Notes under the pieces: generated by a model
Told to the model about the DNA's origin: nothing
The model's input: only the letters and a program-made list of their open reading frames with translations
Databases searched by the model: none
NCBI GenBank assembly: GCA_963422625.1
Contig: OY730416.1
Span: 835,607 to 899,606 of the forward strand
Length of the DNA stretch: 64,000 bases
Origin: an uncultured Ferruginibacter sp.
GTDB taxonomy: Bacteria > Bacteroidota > Bacteroidia > Chitinophagales > Chitinophagaceae
Direction of reading: 5' to 3'
Program-made: the position numbers and the translations under genes
Shown: one piece after another, positions 17,691 through 28,735 of the stretch
How the letters are laid out: every line of letters begins with the position of its first letter
How positions within the stretch are numbered: the first letter of the stretch is position 1

Positions 17691-20477
17691 TTAACAATAC
17701 TTTGCAGTTTGGCTGGCCTTCGATTTTTTTAAATCTGCCGGTTTTCCGGCAAAAACCAATTCTCCACCACCATCGCCAGCCTCAGGCCCAAGGTCGATTA
17801 CCCAGTCGGCACTTTTAATTACATCGGTATTATGTTCAATTACTAAAATAGTATGCCCCTGCTCAATAAGGGCATTAAATGAGGCCAGTAATTTTTTTAT
17901 ATCATTGAAATGTAAGCCTGTAGTAGGCTCATCAAAAATAAATAAAATGCTCCCCTGCGATTTGCCTTTGCCCAAAAACGACGCCAGTTTTACCCTTTGC
18001 GCTTCGCCACCACTTAGTGTATCTGATGATTGGCCCAGCTTTACATAACCCAGCCCAACACTGCTTAAAGGCTTAATTTTATTAGCTACTGAAGGCTCAT
18101 CAGCAAAAAAATCCACCGCATCATCAACGCTCATATCCAGTACCTCAAAAATATTTTTGTCCCGGTATTTTACCTCCAGCACTTCTTCTTTAAAACGTTT
18201 ACCGCCGCATACCTCGCAGGTTAAGTGCACATCTGCCAAAAATTGCATTTCCACAACTTGTTCGCCTTCCCCTTTACAGGCATCACACCTGCCACCATCT
18301 ACATTAAACGAAAAGTGTTTTGGCTGAAAGCCCCTCATCTTGCTTAAGGGCTGGCTGCTGTACAGGTCCCTTATTTCATCATAAGCTTTTATGTATGTAA
18401 CCGGGTTGCTTCTTGATGATTTGCCAATAGGATTTTGGTCCACCATTTCCACCTGCGAAATATGATCCACATCGCCGGTAATGGCTTTATGCAAACCTGC
18501 CTTATCAATAAACTCTCCTTTTAATTTTTGTAATGCAGGATATAATATTTGTTTTACCAAAGTGGTTTTACCGCTGCCACTTACCCCACTTACTACGCAT
18601 AGCACATTCAATGGAAATTCAACCGTAATATTTTTTAAATTATTCTGCCTGGCGCCTTCCACTTTTACAGAGCGGTTCCATTTTCTTACTGCTTTGGGTG
18701 GTTCTATTTTTAAAACACCTGATAAATATTTTCCTGTAAGGCTTTCTTTATTTTTTATGATGGCATCATAATTACCTTCCGCTATTACTTCGCCACCCAA
18801 ATGGCTGGCCAGAGGCCCCATATCAATAATATGGTCTGCTTCTCTCATCATCATTTCATCATGCTCCACCACCACTACAGTATTACCAAGGTCACGCAAT
18901 TCTTTTAATACTTTTATCAGCCGTTCAGTATCCCTGCTGTGCAGGCCAATGGATGGTTCATCAAGTATATACAACGAGTTGGTAAGATTGCTTCCCAGGC
19001 TTCTTGTTAATTGTATACGCTGGCTTTCGCCACCACTTAAACTGTTGGCCAAACGGTTGAGCGTAAGATAGCCGAGGCCCACATCCATCAGTGTTTTTAT
19101 ACGATGATTAACTTCTATTAAAATTCTTTTAGCAACTTTTGTATCGTAAGCATTCAATTGCAATTTTTCAAACCATACCTGCAAATCTTTCACCGGCATT
19201 TCACACAACTGCCCAATGTGCTTTCCACCCACCTGTACATACAATGCTTCTTTGCGCAGGCGATAGCCTTTACAATCGGTGCATAACGTTCTGCCGCGGT
19301 AGCGGGACAATAAAACACGATACTGCACTTTATATAAATTGGCCTGCACTTCATTAAAAAAATCATTGATGCCCTGGGCATGTACATTGCCATTCCATAG
19401 TTCGTCCAGTTCATCTTCATTTAAATCCATAATGGGCTTATGCACAGGAAAAGAAAATTTCTTTGCCGCTTTTACAAACTGATCTTTCCACCATACCAGT
19501 TTTTCGCCTTTCCATGGCGCTACTGCACCTTCGTACACGCTTAATTGTTTGTTGGGGATAATAAGATCCGGATCGAGCCCCAGTATCTGCGAAAAACCTT
19601 CGCAGGTAGGACAGGCACCATAGGGATTATTGAAAGAAAATAAATTGGGTACCGGTTCTTCAAATACAATACCATCTGCTTCAAACTTATTGGAAAAATG
19701 ACGCTGTTCTTCGCCGTTGATTTCCATAAGCAGCTCTCCCTCACCTTCATAAAAAGCAGTATTTACTGAATCAGACATGCGGTGCTTATCATCCTCATCA
19801 AAAGTTTTTACCACAAACCTGTCTACTAATAAAAAAGTTTTACGCGGATCTATCTTTGCAGGCAATTTTGCTGATTCCAATAAATCTTCTATCCTTACTA
19901 TTTCTTTATTTTGATAAACCCTTGAAAAACCTTTTTGCAATAAAATGTTCAGCTCTTCTTTGGCATCCCTGTTCTTTTGTTGTTTAAATGGTACCAGCAC
20001 CAAAACTTTATCACCAGTTTTTAAACCTGCAATAAACTCCACCACATCGTTCACATCATCTTTTTTTACTTCCTTACCACTTACCGGCGAAATGGTTTTA
20101 CCTGCCCGTGCAAATAACAGGCGCAGGTAATCATAAATTTCCGTCATACTGCCTACGGTACTTCGGGGTGTACGGGTAATTACTTTTTGTTCTATGGCAA
20201 TTGCAGGGCATAACCCTTTTATATAATCCACATCTGGCTTATCCATACGCTGCATAAACTGGCGGGCATAGGCACTCAGGCTTTCGGCATACCTGCGCTG
20301 GCCTTCGGCAAATAGTGTATCTATCGTCAGCGATGATTTACCTGAGCCTGATACACCGGTTACCACAATCAACTGGTTTCGCGGAATTGTTACGGATATG
20401 TTTTTCAGGTTATGTACCCTCGCCCCTTTTATTTCAATACCGGTTTGTTTTGCTACTGCTACTTTATTTTCTGCCAT
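17691..20477 (-). CDS. uvrA: Excinuclease ABC subunit A
   Basis: The 928-aa protein has two ABC ATPase modules ([10 protein letters not shown] and [10 protein letters not shown], with LSGGESQR and LSGGEAQR signatures). It also has zinc-finger cysteines ([20 protein letters not shown]...CEVCGG). Confidence 0.97.
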   Translation of the reverse strand: MAENKVAVAKQTGIEIKGARVHNLKNISVTIPRNQLIVVTGVSGSGKSSLTIDTLFAEGQRRYAESLSAYARQFMQRMDKPDVDYIKGLCPAIAIEQKVITRTPRSTVGSMTEIYDYLRLLFARAGKTISPVSGKEVKKDDVNDVVEFIAGLKTGDKVLVLVPFKQQKNRDAKEELNILLQKGFSRVYQNKEIVRIEDLLESAKLPAKIDPRKTFLLVDRFVVKTFDEDDKHRMSDSVNTAFYEGEGELLMEINGEEQRHFSNKFEADGIVFEEPVPNLFSFNNPYGACPTCEGFSQILGLDPDLIIPNKQLSVYEGAVAPWKGEKLVWWKDQFVKAAKKFSFPVHKPIMDLNEDELDELWNGNVHAQGINDFFNEVQANLYKVQYRVLLSRYRGRTLCTDCKGYRLRKEALYVQVGGKHIGQLCEMPVKDLQVWFEKLQLNAYDTKVAKRILIEVNHRIKTLMDVGLGYLTLNRLANSLSGGESQRIQLTRSLGSNLTNSLYILDEPSIGLHSRDTERLIKVLKELRDLGNTVVVVEHDEMMMREADHIIDMGPLASHLGGEVIAEGNYDAIIKNKESLTGKYLSGVLKIEPPKAVRKWNRSVKVEGARQNNLKNITVEFPLNVLCVVSGVSGSGKTTLVKQILYPALQKLKGEFIDKAGLHKAITGDVDHISQVEMVDQNPIGKSSRSNPVTYIKAYDEIRDLYSSQPLSKMRGFQPKHFSFNVDGGRCDACKGEGEQVVEMQFLADVHLTCEVCGGKRFKEEVLEVKYRDKNIFEVLDMSVDDAVDFFADEPSVANKIKPLSSVGLGYVKLGQSSDTLSGGEAQRVKLASFLGKGKSQGSILFIFDEPTTGLHFNDIKKLLASFNALIEQGHTILVIEHNTDVIKSADWVIDLGPEAGDGGGELVFAGKPADLKKSKASQTAKYC

Positions 20478-20841
20478 TACTTATTTACCTCTTGTTTACT
20501 TTATTTACTTATGTACTTATAAACTTATATTCTTAGATATCTTATTACTTCAGTTCTCAAAATTACAGCAATAAATTGTGCTGCCTTTAATATGTGAAAC
20601 TTTTCTTAAAGCATTACTGCCGGTATTGTCATTATATACCATTTAGTATTTTTACCATGTTAACGGTGCAAGAAAATTGAGTGTTTCTACTCATAATAAT
20701 TTCAAAACATCCATTATTTTTACAGTCCAATATCCAAAAAAGTGAAAAGCCGAAAAAGCCTATCTAAAAGACTTCTACGCAATTTTCCCATTTTTTGGTC
20801 CTGTAACTTAAAGTCCTAACACACAAAAACTGTAGAAGTTT

Positions 20842-21423
20842 ATGAAATGCCTTAACAATCTGACCGACCAGCAGCTTATCCATTTATATATGGACGGCAA
20901 CGCTGATGCTCTTGCAACCATCGTAATGCGTTACAAGGACAAAATTTACACCTCTATTTACTTATTGGTAAAAGACAAGTACCTGACCGAAGACATCTTC
21001 CAGGATGTATTTATCCGTATTATCGACACTTTAAAAGGTGGCCGCTATACCGATGAAGGAAAATTTTTACCATGGGCCATGCGTATTGCACACAATATGT
21101 GTGTAGATCATTTTAGAAAAGTGAAACGCAGCCCAACCATTAAAACCAGCGACGACAGGGACATTTTTGAAGTATTGAACTTCAGCGAGCCTGGTGCCGA
21201 CCACAAAATGATGAATGGCCAAAGCCACGAAAGGATCAGGAAAATGGTAGATATGCTTCCTGAAGACCAGCGTGAAGTGATCATCCTTCGCCACTATGCC
21301 GATTTAAGCTTTAAAGAAATTGCAGATTTAACCAAATGCAGCATCAACACTGCATTAGGACGCATGCGTTATGGTTTAATCAACCTGCGCAAACTGATGA
21401 CAGAAAAGCAAATTGCCCTGTAA
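20842..21423 (+). CDS. RNA polymerase sigma-70 family factor (ECF-like)
   Basis: The 193-aa protein has region 2 (DIFQDVFIRII...FLPWAMRIAHNMCVDHFRK). It also has a region 4 HTH (LPEDQREVIILRHYADLSFKEIADLTKCSINTALGRMRYG). Confidence 0.85.
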   Translation: MKCLNNLTDQQLIHLYMDGNADALATIVMRYKDKIYTSIYLLVKDKYLTEDIFQDVFIRIIDTLKGGRYTDEGKFLPWAMRIAHNMCVDHFRKVKRSPTIKTSDDRDIFEVLNFSEPGADHKMMNGQSHERIRKMVDMLPEDQREVIILRHYADLSFKEIADLTKCSINTALGRMRYGLINLRKLMTEKQIAL

Positions 21424-21462
21424 TTTTTCTAATAGAAATTTTGTAACTCCCAAATACAAATT

Positions 21463-21494
21463 AAAACCCTTCAAAAAATTTTGAAGGGTTTTTT
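21463..21494 (+). terminator. Rho-independent terminator after the sigma factor gene
   Basis: The hairpin aaacccttcaaaa-aatt-ttgaagggttt is followed by TTTT. Confidence 0.8.
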
Positions 21495-21500
21495 CATAAC

Positions 21501-21533
21501 AGGAAGTCAGGTTTTTAAAACTTCACTTCTTGC
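21501..21533. repeat. Copy B of the 27-nt palindromic element seen at 15815-15841
   Basis: The sequence gaagtcaggtttttaaaacttcacttc matches gaagtcaagttttgaaaacttgacttc at 24 of 27 aligned positions (counted by hand). Confidence 0.55.
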
Positions 21534-21628
21534 TATTAAAGCCACCCAAACAAAAATCTTGTACAAAATCATTTTATTAAAAAATATTGCTGTAATTTTT
21601 GTTTCTATATTAAAAACATATTTGCTGT

Positions 21629-23377
21629 ATGGGAGATTTACAGATTAAAAAGCAGGCCAAACAATACGATGTTGTTATAGTGGGTTCTGGTGCAGGCGGT
21701 GGTATGGCCGCTTATACATTATCTAAAGCGGGGTTTAAAGTTTGTATTATTGAAGCCGGGTACATGTACGATCCTCAAAAAAATGTTACACAATTAAAAC
21801 ATCCCTGGGATAGCCCGAGGCGGGGCGCCAGTACTTTTAACAGGTCCTTTGGCGATTTTGACGCCTGCTATGGTGGCTGGAACTTAGAAGGGGAACCTTA
21901 TACAAAAGAATCCGGCACCGATTGGATGTGGTTCAGGGCAAGAATGCTGGGAGGAAGAACCAATCACTGGGGAAGAATATCCTTACGCTTTGGGCCAAAA
22001 GATTTTAAAAGAAAAAGTATTGATGGATTAGGTGACGACTGGCCTATTGGCTATGAAGATGTAAAACCTTACTATGATAAGATCGACAAACTTATTGGAG
22101 TGTTTGGTACTAATGAAGGCCTGGATAATGACCCCGACGGATTTTTTCTTCCGCCACCCAAACCAAGATTGCATGAATTGTTTATAAAAAATGCTGCCAT
22201 ACAATCTGGCGTAAGGGTAATTCCATCACGCCTTTCTATTCTTACAAAGCCCATTGAAAATGATGCAGACAGAAAAGCCTGCTTTTTTTGCGGGCAGTGC
22301 GGCAGAAATTGCAGTATGGCTAAGGCTGATTTTTCTTCTACCAATGTTTTAATTTATCCTGCTTTAAAAACCGGCAACCTTGATGTGGTAGCCAATGCAA
22401 TGGCAAGAGAAGTGCTTACCAATAAAGAAGGATTGGCAACCGGTGTTTCGTATGTACTTAAAGATGATTTGATGGAATACCAGGTTAGCGGCAAAGTAGT
22501 TATTCTTGCCGCAAGCGCCTGCGAAAGTGCAAGGCTGCTGCTCAATTCAAAATCACCACAACACCCCAATGGTTTAGCCAACAGCAGCGATGTTGTTGGA
22601 AAATATTTGCACGATTCCACCGGCGCTTCTGTAGATGGTGTGCTGCCCGAATTAATGGGAAGAAAAAGATATAATGAAGATGGTGTTGGTGGCATGCATG
22701 TGTATTCGCCATGGTGGCTGGACAATAAAAAATTAGATTTCCCAAGGGGTTATCATATTGAATATTGGGGAGGGCAAAGTCAGCCGGCGTATGGTTTTGG
22801 TTTTAATATCGAAAATAAGAATGGCAAATTCTTAGTGAACGGTAAAAAGAAAGAAGCCGGAGGTTATGGTGCTTCCTTAAAAGAAGACTACCGTTATTTT
22901 TATGGTGCTGGTGTGGGTATGGCCGGCCGCGGCGAAGCAATTCCTGTTGCAACCAACTATTGCGCCATTGATCCTAAAACTGTTGACAAGTATGGCATTC
23001 CTGTTTTAAAATTTAATGTAAAATGGAGCGACTATGAAATTAAGCAGGCTAAGCACATGAAAGAAACTTTTAAAGAGATCATGCATAATATGGGCGCCAT
23101 AATTACTTCCGGCGCTGATGATGATGAAAAAAATAACTGGGGGCTTACCAGGCCCGGCGAAATTATTCATGAAGGTGGTACGGTAAGAATGGGCAACGAC
23201 CCTAAAACTTCTGCGCTTAATAAGTACAGCCAGGCACATGATTGTAAAAATTTATTTTGTGTAGATGGTGGGCAATTTGTTAGCCAGGCTGATAAAAATA
23301 TTACTTGGACGATATTGGCGTTGAGTATGAGGGCGTCGGAATATATTATTGAGGAGATGAAGAAAAACAACCTTTAA
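21629..23377 (+). CDS. GMC family FAD-dependent oxidoreductase (flavoprotein subunit)
   Basis: The 582-aa protein has the FAD motif YDVVIVGSGAGGGMAAYTLSKAGFKVCIIEAG. It also has the C-terminal GMC motif HEGGTVRMG...DGGQF. Confidence 0.85.
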   Translation: MGDLQIKKQAKQYDVVIVGSGAGGGMAAYTLSKAGFKVCIIEAGYMYDPQKNVTQLKHPWDSPRRGASTFNRSFGDFDACYGGWNLEGEPYTKESGTDWMWFRARMLGGRTNHWGRISLRFGPKDFKRKSIDGLGDDWPIGYEDVKPYYDKIDKLIGVFGTNEGLDNDPDGFFLPPPKPRLHELFIKNAAIQSGVRVIPSRLSILTKPIENDADRKACFFCGQCGRNCSMAKADFSSTNVLIYPALKTGNLDVVANAMAREVLTNKEGLATGVSYVLKDDLMEYQVSGKVVILAASACESARLLLNSKSPQHPNGLANSSDVVGKYLHDSTGASVDGVLPELMGRKRYNEDGVGGMHVYSPWWLDNKKLDFPRGYHIEYWGGQSQPAYGFGFNIENKNGKFLVNGKKKEAGGYGASLKEDYRYFYGAGVGMAGRGEAIPVATNYCAIDPKTVDKYGIPVLKFNVKWSDYEIKQAKHMKETFKEIMHNMGAIITSGADDDEKNNWGLTRPGEIIHEGGTVRMGNDPKTSALNKYSQAHDCKNLFCVDGGQFVSQADKNITWTILALSMRASEYIIEEMKKNNL

Positions 23378-23492
23378 TTCCAGGTATTTTTTATTTGTGA
23401 GCGTACAAAAAATGTTCAATAATCAATGCTCCCGCAGGGCCCTGTGGGCAATATTCAATGTTCAATAAAATACAAGTGAAAATTTAAAACAA

Positions 23493-24155
23493 ATGGACAG
23501 AAGAAAATCATTAAAACTTTTAGCTACCGGCGCTATTGCAATGCCTGTGGTTATAGATGGTTGCACACCAAATGATAAAAAAACTGCCGAAGCAGCAGAA
23601 CCAACTTTTAACCTTGACCGTAACCCGGCTGAGCTAAAACGTGAAAAGGAATTGCTTGCACAAGAAAAATTCTTTACTGCCGAAGAGATGGCCACCATTA
23701 CTATTTTAGGTGATATAATTATACCGAAAGATGCTGTTAGCGGCAGTGCAAGCGATGCTAAAGTACCTGACTTTATTGAGTTTATTGTAAAAGATATGCC
23801 ACAGCACCAAATGCCCATGCGTGGTGGTTTGCGCTGGCTGGATGTACAATGCCTTAACCGTTATGGAAAAGCTTTTAAAGATTGCACCCAACAGCAACAG
23901 ATTGAAATGGTAGACCTGATTGCTTATCCCGAAAAAGCAAAACCCGAACTGAGCCAGGGCGTGGAATTTTTTAAACTGATGCGTAACCTTACAGCCACCG
24001 GTTTTTATACTTCTGAAATTGGCGTAAAAGATATTGGCTATGCAGGCAATTCCCCCACACAATGGAATGGTGTACCTGATGATGTTTTAAAACAATACAA
24101 CCTGGCGTACACAGAAAAAGAGTTGAAAGAATGTGTGAGTTTTAACGGCAAATAG
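23493..24155 (+). CDS. Gluconate 2-dehydrogenase subunit 3-like protein with a Tat-type signal
   Basis: The N-terminus MDRRKSLKLLATGAIAMPVV contains the twin-arginine motif RRxSLK. The 220-aa size and its position directly after a GMC flavoprotein fit the small-subunit family. Confidence 0.7.
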   Translation: MDRRKSLKLLATGAIAMPVVIDGCTPNDKKTAEAAEPTFNLDRNPAELKREKELLAQEKFFTAEEMATITILGDIIIPKDAVSGSASDAKVPDFIEFIVKDMPQHQMPMRGGLRWLDVQCLNRYGKAFKDCTQQQQIEMVDLIAYPEKAKPELSQGVEFFKLMRNLTATGFYTSEIGVKDIGYAGNSPTQWNGVPDDVLKQYNLAYTEKELKECVSFNGK

Positions 24156-24246
24156 TACAGCGTAAAAAAAATACAAAGTATGTAAAGCCTATAAGTTGGC
24201 GGCCTTTAAAAATTCATGAGCCGCACTTTACACTTAGGCACTTTGT

Positions 24247-26211
24247 TTACTTAGCATTTCCTTTTTTAAACGCATCAAGCCCGCATTGCAACCATGCAGC
24301 ATAAGCGCTGGCATCAGGCTCGTAAGCCACAGGATGATTTAATAATTTTTCGTCGGGAGATAATAACACATAATAAGGTTGCGAAGTAACACCAAAATTT
24401 TCTACCTGCATGGTAGCCCATTTATCGCCAACTGTAACAATATCTTTTTTTGCACCATCTGCAGTGGTGTAAGTAAATTGTTTATAGGCTGGCAATTTTT
24501 TTCTGTCATCTACATACAAAGAGACAAGTATGTATTCTCCCATTAATTTTTTTACATTTTCATTGGGCCAAACATTTTCTTCCATCTTGCGGCAGTTCAC
24601 GCAATTCCATCCTGTAAAATCTATCATGATGGGTTTGTTTCTTTCCTTAGCCATCTTTAGTGCTTCATTATAATCCTTCAATGGTTCATCGCAATAATAA
24701 GGCTGCTGGTAAACACTGTAACAATAAGGTGGTGGAAAACCGCTGATCAAAGAAAGCTTTGCATATTTTGTATTGGTTACTCCGGGAATAAGATACACTG
24801 TTACCGCAGCAAATAATATTGTGAATATCAATTTTGCTTTAGACTGCTTGACAGGATATTTTCTTTTAAAGGGGGGTACATTTAATAAATACAGCGAAAC
24901 GCATAATCCGCAAAATATCCAGGTACCAATAAAAATTTCTCTTTTAATAACACCCCAATGCTGGGTAAGATCTGCATTGCTTAAAAATTTCATTGCCATT
25001 GCCAGTTCAATAAAACCCAATACTACTTTTACTTCACCAAGCCAGCCCCCGCTTTTTGGTAAAGTAGATAGTAATTGCGGGAACAATGCAAAAATTGCAA
25101 ATGGCAATGCCAATGCCAAACCAAAACCACCAAGCCCTGCTGTAAGGTTTATTGCGCCACCATTTAATGCGCCTACTAATAAACTACCGAGTATTGGCCC
25201 TGTGCACGAGAATGAAACAATGGCCAATGTTAGCGCCATAAAGAAAATGCCCACTAATGTTCCGGTATTTGATTTTGCATCGGCACGGTTGGCGATAGAT
25301 GATGGTAATGTAATTTCATACAAGCCAAAAAATGATAGTGCAAAAACTATAAAGATGATAAAGAAGGTAATATTCAGCCAGGGGTTAGTACTGATGTTAT
25401 TTAAAATTTCTTCATTGCCCTTGGGTAAAAAATAAAATGGCACGCTTAACAGTACATAAATAAGAAAAATAAATCCGCCATATATCAATGCATTGCCCAC
25501 ACCTTTTTTACGGTTGGTTTCTTTTTTTGTAAAAAAAGAAACTGTTAAAGGTATCATAGGAAAAACACAAGGTGTAAGCAATGCAATCAAGCCACCTAAA
25601 AAGCCAACTAAAAATATTTGCCACAATCCTTTTCCTCTATCCGTTGTTGTATTGCCACAATTTGCTGCAGGATTTTTTAAATCTATTGAAGGAATTTTAA
25701 TACGGTTATCATTAGCACTTACTGCAACACCGCCTTCAATGGCCACATCAAATTTTTCTCCGGGTTCAGTAAAGAACTGGTCGCTGCCTTTTGCAAAACT
25801 ATAGGTAAGTGATACTTTTAAATTGCCGGGAATAATATTGGTGAATGTAATCTTTTGTGTGAGTGTTACTTCTTTTTCAACAACTGTGGCGTTTTGACTG
25901 AACAAAGGATCGGTACCTGTTTTTTCTGCCCCGCTTATTTCAGCGTCGCCATTTTTTTTTATACTGCTGTCGGTAAAATTAATAGCCGCTTTATCTAACC
26001 CATCAATGGTAGTTTTATTGCTGAATACACGCCAGCCATCTGCAATTGTTCCTTTTGCAGTAATGGTATATTCTTTATCACCGATTTTTTGTGATGTTAC
26101 CTGCCATTTAAGCTGACCGGCATTCTGTGCAAATAATACAGCCGATAAAAAAAGCAACATTGACAAAACGGTCAGTTGCTTTATGCGTTGTAAAACCAAC
26201 TTGAGTATCAT
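24247..26211 (-). CDS. dsbD: Thiol:disulfide interchange protein DsbD-like (N-terminal DsbD-alpha-like domain, TM core and C-terminal thioredoxin)
   Basis: The 654-aa protein has a TM core with LTPCVFPMIPL and SFSCTGP motifs. Its C-terminal thioredoxin fold carries WNCVNC. Confidence 0.85.
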   Translation of the reverse strand: MILKLVLQRIKQLTVLSMLLFLSAVLFAQNAGQLKWQVTSQKIGDKEYTITAKGTIADGWRVFSNKTTIDGLDKAAINFTDSSIKKNGDAEISGAEKTGTDPLFSQNATVVEKEVTLTQKITFTNIIPGNLKVSLTYSFAKGSDQFFTEPGEKFDVAIEGGVAVSANDNRIKIPSIDLKNPAANCGNTTTDRGKGLWQIFLVGFLGGLIALLTPCVFPMIPLTVSFFTKKETNRKKGVGNALIYGGFIFLIYVLLSVPFYFLPKGNEEILNNISTNPWLNITFFIIFIVFALSFFGLYEITLPSSIANRADAKSNTGTLVGIFFMALTLAIVSFSCTGPILGSLLVGALNGGAINLTAGLGGFGLALALPFAIFALFPQLLSTLPKSGGWLGEVKVVLGFIELAMAMKFLSNADLTQHWGVIKREIFIGTWIFCGLCVSLYLLNVPPFKRKYPVKQSKAKLIFTILFAAVTVYLIPGVTNTKYAKLSLISGFPPPYCYSVYQQPYYCDEPLKDYNEALKMAKERNKPIMIDFTGWNCVNCRKMEENVWPNENVKKLMGEYILVSLYVDDRKKLPAYKQFTYTTADGAKKDIVTVGDKWATMQVENFGVTSQPYYVLLSPDEKLLNHPVAYEPDASAYAAWLQCGLDAFKKGNAK

Positions 26212-26220
26212 TAAAAATTA

Positions 26221-26664
26221 TTAAAGTGCGATCGTAAATTTTTCGCTTGTGGGAGGAAGGCATTGTTTATCGTTACAGATCATGGATTCCACTTCGCCAG
26301 TGATATTGGTTTTAACTTTGCCTTTTACAGTAATTGTTTGCACAAACTCTGCTTTACCATCAAAGTATTTTACGTTTACTTTAAAGTTCTTATCGTAGTA
26401 AGTTACCAGTTTACCGGCTTCTTTAGCTTTTCCAGAAAAAGTTACCAGTGGATTTTTATTGAATGTAAAAGCAGTAGGTACAGGCCCGCCGTCGGGTGTG
26501 TTTTGAGAATAAATATGCCAGCCAACAGGAGGTTGTGCGGTTATGTGCAGTTCGTATTTATCCCCCGCAATTTTTTTTGCAGTATAACTCCAGGTTACTT
26601 TTTGAGCTGTAGCTGCACTTATTGTAAAAACTATCAATACCAGTACAATAATTATTTTTTTCAT
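26221..26664 (-). CDS. Stand-alone DsbD N-terminal (alpha) domain-like periplasmic protein
   Basis: It has a signal peptide, then KVTWSYTAKKIAGDKYELHITAQPPVGWHIYS...GGPVPTAFTF...CNDKQCLPP. This parallels the N-terminus of the adjacent DsbD (LKWQVTSQKIGDKEYTITAKGTIADGWRVFS). Confidence 0.65.
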   Translation of the reverse strand: MKKIIIVLVLIVFTISAATAQKVTWSYTAKKIAGDKYELHITAQPPVGWHIYSQNTPDGGPVPTAFTFNKNPLVTFSGKAKEAGKLVTYYDKNFKVNVKYFDGKAEFVQTITVKGKVKTNITGEVESMICNDKQCLPPTSEKFTIAL

Positions 26665-26871
26665 GTTTTTATTTTAATACGCTTTATACTTTAAAAAGAT
26701 GCTTTTTATTTCCCAATGGTTGGTTGCAGAAATTTAAAACCTTCAATCCATTAATATCATGTGCAAATTTAACCCCACTCCCTAATTTGATTTGTTAAAT
26801 ACACGACAAAAAACATTAGTTACCGGGCATATTGTTTACTGCTTATATACAGTTTTTTATTACCCGCAGTT

Positions 26872-27543
26872 TTAATTGATACCAAATAAATGGTTGAACA
26901 CTTTTTTTCCATCTTCATTATTCAAAATACTGCTGGTAGCCCTTTCGGGGTGTGGCATCATACCATATACATTTCTTTCTTTGTTGCAAATGCCTGCAAT
27001 ATTATGTATAGCGCCATTGGGGTTGGCCTCTTTAGTAATATTGCCATTTTCGTCGCAATAGCGGTAAATGATCTGGCGGTGCATTTCAAGCGCTTCCAAT
27101 GTTTTATCGTTGGCAAAATACCTGCCTTCGCCATGTGCCACGGGCACCTGTATGGCTTCGCAGCTTTCTGAAGCCGCTTCTTTCATAAAAATATTCTTGC
27201 AAACAAATTGCTGCTGGCTGTTGCGCAGCAACACACCGGGTAACAAACCGCTTTCGCACAAAATTTGAAATCCATTACAAACGCCCAATACTTTTCCGCC
27301 TTTATTGGCAAATTCTATCACACTTTGCATCATGGGGCTAAAACGGGCTATAGCACCGCAGCGCAGGTAATCGCCATAGCTGAAGCCGCCCGGCAATACA
27401 ATACAATCATCGGTGGTAAACATAGCCAGGTCTTTATCCTTGTGCCAAAGCTGAATTACTTCCTGCTGCAGATCGCTTTGCAGGGATTCAATCATATCTC
27501 TGTCGCAATTACTGCCGGGGAAAACTACTACGCCAAACTTCAT
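26872..27543 (-). CDS. purQ: Phosphoribosylformylglycinamidine synthase subunit PurQ (glutaminase)
   Basis: The 223-aa protein starts MKFGVVVFPGSNCDRD. It has the nucleophile motif GVCNGFQIL and the catalytic MPHPER motif. Confidence 0.92.
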   Translation of the reverse strand: MKFGVVVFPGSNCDRDMIESLQSDLQQEVIQLWHKDKDLAMFTTDDCIVLPGGFSYGDYLRCGAIARFSPMMQSVIEFANKGGKVLGVCNGFQILCESGLLPGVLLRNSQQQFVCKNIFMKEAASESCEAIQVPVAHGEGRYFANDKTLEALEMHRQIIYRYCDENGNITKEANPNGAIHNIAGICNKERNVYGMMPHPERATSSILNNEDGKKVFNHLFGIN

Positions 27544-27657
27544 ATCAAACTATTTTAGGTTTAGATGGTAAAGGTAAAACAACAATGTGTAAATGGCGAA
27601 TTTGAGAATGGTGAATTGTCCCCTTCCACTGCGCTCAGGATGTTTAGGAAAAATATC

Positions 27658-28638
27658 TTAGCCAACAAAGTAACTTATGGCTATTACAAAAGCCACCATT
27701 ACCCAATGCAGTATATAGGGGATTGCTTTTTTTGCCGGATATAAAAATGCGGCCCCCAAAAGCGCAGAAAGCGGCACTGCAGATAATATCCAGTATTCAA
27801 AAGTGTGTGTAGCATTGATAAAAGGAATAAACACCGCCACCACAAGGTACAGAAACACCAGGTTCCAGCTTTTACGGGCCTGGATGAGCTGCCGCCTGAA
27901 GTTTTGCTGTACAAAAAAGAGCCCCGCCATACTGGTGACGAGTACTACAATTATAGCAACATAAGACCAGTTGGTTTGATTGAATTTTGGGCTGGTAACT
28001 GCTATGCCCGGAAACCTGTAATCCTTCCACCTGTCAGATAAAAAAGCCCAGGCCAGTAAAAAATAATATGGGGTCATTATACCCAGCAATGCTATCACCC
28101 ATTCGGATAATTTAAAAGGGCGGATAAGGGCCAGCCCAAAAATAATTAAGGCTACAAAGGCGAGCGAAGGAAAGTAAAAAAAAGTGGCAATTCCAATGGC
28201 GATACCAATATTGAATAAAGATCTTTTTGGGTTTTCATCATTATACAGGCCGCTCATGCGTGCCCAAACCCAAATTAAAAGTGTGTTGATAATAAGTGGC
28301 GCCGAAAGCATATTCCATTCTGAAAATAAAGATGTAACCAGCAAATAACTCATACCGGTGAGGTAATTGGGTTTTTGCATCAGCTTTAATTCATTTACCA
28401 GCCTGTTGAATGATACGGCCTGGGTATACAATAAAATGTAGGCAATGATGGGGTAAATTACAGGAATGCCCCCTGCCACAGGTTGCATCCATCTTAATAA
28501 GGCCTTGTACAAAAATCCGTCTACCAATTGCTCCTGTGGAATTTTGGGGTGCAAAAACATGGGCAGCTTAAGCAATATGCCATACACCAGCAACAAAAAG
28601 GTATTGTAAGGATTGTTGGCTTTAAAAGTGCCGGTCAC
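27658..28638 (-). CDS. Uncharacterised polytopic membrane protein (about 9 TM helices)
   Basis: The 326-aa protein is hydrophobic throughout and uses a GTG start. No catalytic motif was recognised. Confidence 0.6.
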   Translation of the reverse strand: MTGTFKANNPYNTFLLLVYGILLKLPMFLHPKIPQEQLVDGFLYKALLRWMQPVAGGIPVIYPIIAYILLYTQAVSFNRLVNELKLMQKPNYLTGMSYLLVTSLFSEWNMLSAPLIINTLLIWVWARMSGLYNDENPKRSLFNIGIAIGIATFFYFPSLAFVALIIFGLALIRPFKLSEWVIALLGIMTPYYFLLAWAFLSDRWKDYRFPGIAVTSPKFNQTNWSYVAIIVVLVTSMAGLFFVQQNFRRQLIQARKSWNLVFLYLVVAVFIPFINATHTFEYWILSAVPLSALLGAAFLYPAKKAIPYILHWVMVAFVIAISYFVG

Positions 28639-28735
28639 AGAGAATGAATAATTATGAATGAAAAATAAGTACCTGCTGCAAAGGTGGTTAATTATTGCAA
28701 TGAATGAAAAGATTTTTTTGCAATATGCCGTTTGC

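Noticed and set aside
20478-20841. A repetitive TTATTTAC/TTTAC-rich stretch in the uvrA/sigma-factor divergent region, considered as possible iterons
   Set aside because: It is low-complexity AT-rich promoter DNA with irregular spacing and no exact repeats longer than about 8 nt.
23405-23470. A small hairpin (cccgcagggccctgtggg) flanked by aatgttcaataa direct repeats, between the GMC oxidoreductase subunit genes
   Set aside because: It is too short and single-copy in this window to call an element. It may simply be an intercistronic stem, so it is left unannotated.
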